Positions 1-9,200 of a stretch of DNA of 64,000 bases are shown here, one piece after another. Below the pieces are notes generated by a model. It saw nothing but the letters and a program-made list of their open reading frames with translations. It had not been told where the DNA came from and did no database searches. The stretch comes from Owenia fusiformis. Taxonomy: Eukaryota. The DNA is taken from the NCBI GenBank assembly GCA_903813345.2, contig CAIIXF020000001.1:43648001-43712000 (forward strand), written 5' to 3'. Each line of letters opens with the position of its first letter. Position 1 is the first letter of the stretch. Made by a program: the position numbers and the translations under genes.

Positions 1-41
1 AAATTCAGCACGTTGCAATAAACTGGGGCCACAAGCATATT

Positions 42-898
42 CACCCTTGGTATACGCAGCTAACGAAAATTGACCGGTACGGGTCAAAAGCTAGACCGGT
101 ACGGGTTAACGGTTTTATTTGAATTTAAAACAGCCATAACTTGCTCAATATTGACTTCCTCGTGTCTAATTTGAAATATATGATGCCTCCCGATGCTTTT
201 AAGTACCCCAATTTTTTACAGATTTTTAAACGGACCAAAACTCTCTAAATGCGCATTTATGCTCTTTTCTCTGTCTCATTTTCACGATAACTTTTATTTA
301 GTACTTCTAACATATAAGATCTATTTTTCCCCATCAAGGTATGATGTAAATGACATGCTATTTACATCTTGTGAGTTTCAATGACGCGCGTTTGATTTTA
401 TAAAAAATGCCAGATGTAACACACATGTATAAAGATTCCTAAATTATGTTCATGCTATTGCCCCGAACCGGTCCGTCTTCTCGCTGCAAGCAGGATGAAA
501 TTCTTTGTCACAAAGTTTGGCATTTTTTATAAAATCAAACGCGCGTCATTAAAACTCACAAGATGTAAATAGCATGTCATTTACATCATACCTTGATGGG
601 GAAAACTAGATCTTATATGTTAGAAGTACTAAATAAAAGTTATCGTGAAAATGAGACAGTCGTTCTCGAGAGAAAAGAGCATAAATGCGCATTTAGAGAG
701 TTTTGGTCCGTTTAAAAATCTGTAAAAATTGGGGTACTTAAAAGCATCGGGAGGCATCATATATTTCAAATTAGACACGAGGAAGTCAATATTGAGCAAG
801 TTATGGCTGTTTTAAATTCAAATAAAACCGTTAACCCGTACCGATCCAGCTTTTGACCCGTACCGGTCAATTTTCGTTAGCTGCGTATACCAAGGGTG
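42..898. mobile_element. Foldback/MITE DNA transposon with ~370-bp TIRs, CAC...GTG termini and 5-bp TSD (Transib-like signature)
   Basis: 42-~411 is the near-perfect reverse complement of ~518-898 (CACCCTTGGTATACGCAGC...GCTGCGTATACCAAGGGTG). ATATT flanks both ends (37-41, 899-903). The subterminal motif GACCGGTACGGGT is repeated. No coding capacity. Confidence 0.85.
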
Positions 899-1141
899 AT
901 ATTGCTTTTCTTGTAATCAAGTGTATTGTATTGTCGTATTGAACATAACCTGACAATTGGTATAGAATCGTATGTATTTTAAACGTGAAGACGTGGTATT
1001 AATGGACAAGACAGGCTAAATCTTAAACTCACGTTGATTGGTGTTTAGAATCGACTATGGCAAACATACAAACGCACATACCGATGGGCAAAATGTTTCA
1101 GAATGAAACAATACTTTTGTCATAGACTCTGCGACCTACAG

Positions 1142-2345
1142 CTTCGACCTACAGGGTGTCCAAAAAGCGGGCCAAAAAGAAAGTTATAAAAACCCTTCGA
1201 CCTGCACCTTTGAATTTTCTTATGAAAATTGTCAAAGTCCAAAAATATTTCTTTGAAAAACGACTAAGTCCAACTTCACATAGATTATGAAATTGAACGG
1301 AGCTCTGTCCTCGTCGAAAGCTAGCTGTCATCTCTTGAGTTTACATCGGCGAAATACTTTAAAGTGTGCGCCAAAATTTAAAACTGCGCAGGCGCAGCGC
1401 TCCCGCTAACCTATATAAAGAGATTACCAGGTACAGGCTTCAGAGGTAAGCCAGGAAGGTGTACAACTATCGTCCCGTGCTGATTTCCCTTATAATCGTA
1501 ACCAGGCAAGTTTCACCATTGGAATTGAAAATGACTATTAGATATACTTTGTAGATGTTTATATATGAAGGTATTAAGTGTATGCATCAATCAAATGGCT
1601 CATTTTGAACATATAAAAGTATTTGTGTTTTGTTTCCCAGGGAATTGTATTCCCATGTAGTACACACATAAATAGTGTACATTATGTTGTACTTGAATAG
1701 CCTGGCTTATATAATATTGAACAGTTGAAGGGCATGCTGATTGTACACACGAGTACATGCATGAAGGCCTAATATTGATATTGCTTGCATACCTAAGTAA
1801 AAATAAACTCTTCTAATCCCCTAAGACGGCGGTAAACGTAGCCCGATTTATCGGGGGCTTTAAGGCCTGGTGACGTCATCACTTTTCGGACAAGATTTCA
1901 AAGTTAAATAACAAGTTATTGACGCCATATCCCGTTTTAATATTGATGATCACACAACAAGACTATAATAAATTGGAACTCAATAAATAGAATAGTAATT
2001 GATCGCTACTTACTCTAATTTTACTTCGATTCAATCGAATCAAAACCAGGAAGTAAGTTCTAAAAAGGGAAACTTCCATTTAAACTACCCGATTGACTAC
2101 CGATCAACATCAACAGAATCTTAATTTGATAACATGAAAACGCTATTTCACCCCTGTAACTATACCTAGAGTACTGCAAACGTTGCTACAATTTAAGATC
2201 TTAATGATCTCACCTGTGAACCACAAATCAAGTGACTCTTGCGTGGTCTGAGATCGGCAAAAATAGCTTCTATAATATTTTCTTTTTGGACACCCTGTAA
2301 GTCGAAGGTGAAGGTCGAAGGTGCAGGTCGAAGGGTTTTTATAAC
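1142..2345. repeat. Pair of inverted repeat blocks containing Tc1-like TACAGGGTGTCCAAAAAG ends and CTTCGACC sub-repeats
   Basis: CTTCGACCTACAGGGTGTCCAAAAAG (1142-1167) is matched in reverse at ~2282-2307. GTTATAAAAACCCTTCGACCTGCACCTT (~1183-1210) is matched in reverse at ~2318-2345. Boundaries and class are uncertain. Confidence 0.5.
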
Positions 2346-2705
2346 ATTCCGTTGTAATGGGAGTCCTTGCGCAGAATATGGGGGAGAGTGATAGAAGAAT
2401 AGGCGAGATATCAAGGATTGTGGTTGAAATCTCTGAGAATTTGCAACTTCTCACATCTGGGGACCAAAACGCCGCTAGAACGAGCTAGGGACTTTGTAAA
2501 CAAAAGCAATGTCTTAACTGAAAGGTATTTCAGTGAAGGTTTTAATGGAACAAGTTTGAAGAAAACTGGTGTAGTGTGAGACTCACAATCATTGATTTTC
2601 CAAAGACAGGGTAGATTTGAAATTCAAATTAACCGTTTTGCGGGGCGTTTTGGTTTCGATACGCCCCGGTGAGTTTGTACCGCGTGGATAAATCTAATAG
2701 AATAT

Positions 2706-5700
2706 TGTGACAAAAGTTGTGATTTTCATTTTTTGTTCAATTTTGTACTTTTATATGGAGTCAGTCGACTCTTTCAGAGAGTTTAATGGCTCAAATGTGT
2801 ACATACAGAATGTCACGTAGGCACTGGGATGTTTACAGGATCAGCAGACTGTAGTGGAATAAATTAGAATAATTAAGCACCCAGCAACCAGCCAATCAGA
2901 TTCTTTTATTTGAATTTCCCTCCAACTTAAGTTGTAGTTTTCCCATGATGCAACTTGAGGTGTCTGGATTTTATTGAATCAAAGTAAACCAAGATCTTGA
3001 AGATATAAGACCTCGTCAGTTTGGATTTATTTATGTACAAGTGTGTTTTATTTAATCTGTGGACTTATTAAAGCATTATTTTGTATATATTGGATTAGAT
3101 GCAGTAATCGTTAGATGCAGATTGTATTCATTGCGACTGTTACTTAAATTGATCCAAGTAACTGAAAATTGGTTAAAATAATAATTTATAGTTTATTGAT
3201 GATTCATTCAAATAAAATTTGTGTTCCTTTGTATGGAAACTGTTACAATACATGAATACAATACATTACAAACTCTTAGTTTGTTAGTTAAATACAAACA
3301 GTAATGTGACATATTATGACACTTAAAAAATTACAGTTTATTGACAAAACATACATAAAATAAATAAGACTCAAAACAGGACAACATAAAATAAAACAAA
3401 ACATAAAAACATAAAATAAAATAACAACTTATAACACATTTAATTGGCGCAAGGGCGACTAGTTTGCAAAAAAATATATTTATTATGTTTTCATGATAAT
3501 TTAAAGTAATCAAACTGGTCGTGCCCACCCTAATTGTGAATTCTTGATAAAATGTAGAGGGTGGGTTTAGGGTGGGGAAATGAAGTTTTATGTCAACTGG
3601 AATTTTAAAAAGAAGCTGTTGATATAAGAAGTTCTTTGTTGTAAATAAAAGATTGAAATTACTTTAATTAATTACAATATTGAAAATAACTTGATTTGAA
3701 ATAAATGAATGAATAAAAACCTTACCTGGAATTTTAAAAAGAAGCTGTTGATATAAGAAGTTCTTTGTTGTAAGTGAAGGTAAGTAAAATTGGCGGGTAA
3801 TAATTATAATATGGGTCATGTGACAACAGGTAAGGTTTCTATTGGTTGAAGTCTCAAAGATTTATGTTGACCAATTAAATTACAGCATTTTAGATACCAA
3901 CAATTGGTCTCAAAAATACGACAGAAGAAACTAAAATACAAGACAACAGCCAGTGTTTTGGTAAGTTAGCCATTTTCTTGATTGAGGTTGGCATAAAATG
4001 GGTAATTAGCTGTCCGCCATCTTGCTTTCTTGTTCCCACAATTCCCCGGCGGTCGGCCATCTTTGATTTTGAAGAAAGTGACGTCATTTTTGAGAAGTTT
4101 TGAGCTTCAGATTCTCTGATTAGATTTGGCTCTCTCTAATCTCATTTCTTTGAACGATATTCGTGAGTCATTCTGCTCTGAATATTGGTGGCTCCAAGTC
4201 ATTACCCCTCCAAGCTATAAATGCTCATACTTTGTCGAGGCGATCTGACTCTCACCCAGGGTTGTATGTTGAGGAAGGTTTACTCTCATCGGAGCAAAAG
4301 TTACATTATATTGGAACTGAGGTGCTCCAAGGCGAGAAATAACAGCTCTGTCTAATCTCATCCTTTGATTGACATTCTAGAGTTGTTATTCTCTACAGAG
4401 GTTGTGGCGTGGTTTCTCCTGAGAGGAGGTGACTCTGAGAGCAGAGGTTACTCCCGGAGCCACTTATGTTATGCTGGCCTGTAAACGAACTTTTAGTTAG
4501 TGCACTTAATGCTACTCAAGCTGGTCTTATCAGCTAGTGAGTGACGTCACTGCTAGGATTTCCCACCATATGGCCTAATGCTTACACAGAAACTCTTTGG
4601 TATCTAAAATGTGTGATCATCTTAAAAATAGTATTACAGCTTGTAATTAATACTGAGTTGGGTCTTGAAATTAACACTTTGTGAAAGCACTATCCCTTCC
4701 TCTAATGTTTCCAGGGTTTCTCTTAATTTGAGTGAAAGTTTATCAGATTAAAGCACCTTGATGACAGGCTGGTTAGTTAATAAATGTATTCTCTCTGAAC
4801 ATTCTGGCAACTTGAACATTAAATCTCTCAAAATTGCAGGAAGGGATCAACTTGATTCAAAATTGTTCATTTAGAGAATTGTCTTGCCTATGCAGGATTG
4901 AAAGAATTGTTTTGATCCCTTCCTGCAAACGCCCCCCAGACATATTTTACTAAGACTACCCCCAAAATTGGGAAACCCTAATCCTAGTTACATCTCACAA
5001 GCAAGTGGCTGTCTTATAATAGCAACCAAATGCCAGCAATGTTAAAAAGGTCAAGTTACACATTAGCGCTTTAGTGGTAGTCAGCTATCCAGGCTTTGTT
5101 TACATTCTGCAGCAGCTGATAGCAGGTCACCGGCTTTTCCTAAACTAAAAGATCACTGCTTAACATAAGTGGAGCCTGGACCCCTTCTAAGAGACATTGT
5201 AGCTCATAGAGTGAGAGCACTCTTTGAGTAGAGGTTATTCCTAAGACGAGGCGATTCCCGGGGCTGAGGTACTAGCAGTGTGTGGATCTCGTTCAAGAGC
5301 TGAGGTTACTCCTGAGACGAGGCGATTCCCGGAGCTGAAGGTACTCCCAGCGTGTGGATCTCGTTCAAGAGAGAGGTATATCCTGTGAAGTGGTGACTCC
5401 AAGAGCAGAGGATACTCCCGGAGCCTGGACCCCTTCCAAGAGACAGTGTAGCTTAAGAGTGAATTGAGCAGAGGTTGTAGAGAGGTATATCCTGAGAAGT
5501 GGTGACTCCAAGAGCAGAGGTTACTCTCAGAGCCTGGACCCCTTCCAAAAGACAGTGTAGCTCATAGAGTGAAAGCACTCTTTTGAGGAGAGTTTTAAGG
5601 TGGTTACTCCCGTGACAAGGCGACTCCCGAAGCAGAGGTTACTTCCGGAGCTAGGACCCTTCCAAGAGACGAGTTAGCTCAAGAGGGAGAGCTCTCTTCA

Positions 5701-6201
5701 ACCAGACGTGAGCAGAGATTAATTGTGTGGTCAGACGATTCCTGAAGCAGAGGTTACACCTAGAGTAGAACCAAGTTCCAGAGCAGACTATTGCAGAGAG
5801 CAAAGCATAGCTGAGACCAGAGTAGACAAGCAGAGAGCAGAGCAGAGTGGACAAGCAGAGGAGCAGAGTATGGCAGAGTAGAGTAGAGACAGACAACTCA
5901 GAGCCAGAGTGTTTTGGACTCTTGTTCATATATAGAGACATTTGTATTTGAGTTATTGGCCACAAAGGCATTATTAAAGGACACTGAAATTTATTGTGAT
6001 TATTTTTTGTGTTGAATTGATTGTTAAAATCCTGTAATTGATTGTTTTGTACATTCCTGTGTTCTCCATCTCCTAGCTCAGTGACAGCCGAAGCACAAAA
6101 CCAGCTCGGCGCCCGTGAGAAACACCTCCGAATCCCTTATCATCGCCACCAGACCTTCTCCGAGGGAGTACGGGTACTCGGCGGGAGTCTGGCGTGCGAC
6201 A
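2706..6201 (+). mobile_element. Putative long solo LTR / non-coding LTR-element insertion upstream of the first scramblase coding exon
   Basis: Starts TGTGACA (2706) and ends GCGACA (6201), with ATAT on both sides (2702-2705, 6202-6205). It contains internal tandem repeats, CCAAT/CRE/YY1-like motifs and an ATTAAA signal ~220 bp before the 3' end. The TSD is short and AT-only, so it could be chance. Confidence 0.35.
5172..5765 (+). repeat. Degenerate tandem repeat (GAGCCTGGACCCCTTCCAAGAGACAGTGTAGCTCA / GCAGAGGTTACTCC modules), followed by an AG-rich tract to ~5905
   Basis: GAGCCTGGACCCCTTC recurs at ~5173, 5421, 5530 and 5648. GAGGTTACTCC-like motifs recur every ~30-60 bp, with weaker copies at ~4425-4460. 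Confidence 0.75.
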
Positions 6202-6236
6202 ATATAGTTATATTTGCATCGTATCCCTTTAGGAAC

Positions 6237-9200
6237 ATGAGTGAGCCTTATTCAAGCCAACACCAAGACCAGGCAAGACCTCCTGGACACCTTACCCCAC
6301 TTGATCCTATTCACCCACCTTATACAGACAAGTCCCTACATGTAAAACCAGTACTGCCTCCAACTACAGCCGACTATAGTAAGTAGAATGTAAGAAATAC
6401 TGAGGCTCTGGAATTCAGTTATAATTATGTAAACACAATTAAAGTACCATAAGGGGTAAAAGTAAAACAGAAAAACACAAAAATAACATTTACAACAACC
6501 AGAACAAATCACCAATATCTCATATAATACAGAGATCTGTGTAAATGAAGTGCCATTGAATGTTCCATTTCGCAGGTTCACTTTAAGGAGGTGTTCAACT
6601 GGACAGACTTCAATAATCATATCAATAAATTTTAACTAAAATGGCAATACTGCATAAAAACATACACAGTGTTTTGATAGGACAATGGTAGAATGCAGTG
6701 GCGGAGGAGGAGCAGGGGTCCCCCTTTGATAAGCCCCTTAAAAAAAATTGAGGCCCAAATTTTAGGGCCTAATTGAATCTGCTTCTCCCCATATAAACTG
6801 GACAATTTTGTATATATTACACACCATACAGCAACAAAGTTTTCCTTGTTTTTTGCCTGACAAGGCTACATACATGACATAACTCCATGATACATTGGAA
6901 TGAAATTGATCATTTCAGGTCACCAACAAAATAGTCAAAATGAAAATAGTCAACCCGGATCTGGCCAACATTGTCAGCCTAACCAACCTGGGAATCCTCA
7001 ACCAGGATATGCTCAACCGGGATATGGCCCCCCTGGATCTGTCCAACCTAGTTATGTCCAACCTGGATATGGTCAACCCAGATATGTACAACCTGGCTAT
7101 AACCAACTAGGGATGCAAGGTACTGGGTATTTTATATTTTATATATATTGTCTTGGATATAATATTGGTGAATTAACACTAGCGCGCTAAGACGTCTTAG
7201 CTAAAACGTTTTAGCGTTAAAATGTAATGTAAATCCAGATTTACCCAAGAGCTCTCGGCTAAGAGCGCTTAGCTAAAACGTTTTAGGACCCTAGTCATAG
7301 CCAAGACGTCTTAGCGTTAAAACGTTTTACAAGCAAGTGTATACCTACATATCTCTAAGACGTTTTAGGAAAACAGGTGTAAACTCGATCTTATTTCCTA
7401 AGACGTCTTGAAAATGGTAATGTAAACTCAACTTAATTTTTCTAAAACGTTTTAGCCAAAACGTCTTGAAATGCTGCGCGTAGTGTAAATTGGGCTAATG
7501 TTGGATATACTGTACTTAGGTAATTTTAAAAAGAGGATTAGCTGATTATCTTTTTCGGCTCACCTTAATTAGAAACATATAAAACTGTTGTCTCTGTCTT
7601 AACTGAGGAAGGAAGATCCAATAGTGACGATAGCATTGTGCAATGTACTTGTTAAAAGGTATTACTATTACAATTTCAGAAATATTGCCTGTAAAGTCAC
7701 TTTATGTATCAGTTTGACAATTTCTTTAATTTATTATTAAGTTATTGCACTACCCCTAGGTGTACATATGGGAGCCCTTGCTGCACAACCTCAGAGGGAG
7801 GTCCAATGGATGTCACGTCCAGAGACTATACCAGGATGCCCCCCTGGCTTAGAATACCTCACTAAGATTGACCAGATTCTTGTACACCAGCAAGTTGAAC
7901 TCCTGGAAGGTTTGGATTAGTTACTAGAATGTCGAACACAGCAAACAAGATTTAACAATAATTTGCTCAAATATTATGTAAATACTGAACATTAACTTAC
8001 AATTATTAGATATTGAAATAACCAACCGATGTTTCATTAATGGGTTCACTCGTGTAAATAATTTAAACTATTGCATCTGTAGTTTACCTTGAAGGCCCCA
8101 TGCAACGTTTTTTTTTTATCATTCAACAAATATTATATCTCAAACACCTTTTAGCCAATTTGTTTCAGTCATGACAGGTTTTCATATGGAAAATAAATAT
8201 CAGATCAAGAACAGCCTTGGGCAACAGGTGTATTTTGCAAAGGAGGAAAGTGATGGGACTGGTAGGATTTTATATGGACCATCCAGAGCATTGTCATCCA
8301 TGTCACGGATAACCTTGGACAGGTTTGTTTCTTTGAAATGTAAAGAGAGTCTTGTATTTGGCCATTGGGTTGCTCCCTCCTTACCTGCCCATTCTCTTCC
8401 TTTATGCAATTTCTAATGAACCACTGTGTTTAGATATCAATTATACTGAAACATAAAATGGAAATGGATGGAATGTAATCCAATACAGTGAAAAGTCTGT
8501 AACTGCTAAAGTATGATTTCATATTTCATTACTGAATCCATTTCATTACTGACTTCATGTATATTTTGTTGCTGAATCACGGGGTACCATCGAATAATTT
8601 TGGCAACGTACCGGAGAACGACATTTTACTAAGAAATGGCAATAATTTAGCACAATATATTTTTTAACTAGAGTTCTCCTTTGATTTTGACAAAAGTAAG
8701 TATTCCATGCAATGGCTATTTCATTCATGAGTTTGTAGGAATTCTGTTGGAACCCAGTTCTGATCAAGTACGAAGTTATTGAAATCGGCGCAGTCGGACT
8801 TTACTCCGAAAGATGGTTTTTCGATTATAACTTTTTACAACATTTAAGTATAGACTTTTGAAAAAAGTACAGAATAGTCCTTATACTATTGAATAATTCT
8901 GTTATTTCTGATTCACACGACTCTGATTTGTTTAATTAAAAAGAAAGTTTTAAAAATATTACTTAGGAACGTAACCGGAGCTGGGAACGTCACCGGAGCA
9001 GATCAGTTGCATTATATAATTTAAAAAAATAAAATATATGATTTAAAGCATATATATTAATAAATACGCATTCGAACAATCCCGTATGTTTTTAAATTAG
9101 TATATGTGCTTTAAATCATTTTTTTTTTGATTAAATAATTCAACTGATCTGCTCCGGTTATAACTTTTCACAACATTTAAGTATAGACTTTTGAAAAAAG

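Noticed and set aside
42..75. RSS-like heptamer/spacer/nonamer in the foldback TIR
   Set aside because: Only CAC matches the heptamer, and the A-rich ACGAAAATT sits at a non-12/23 spacing; too weak to claim.
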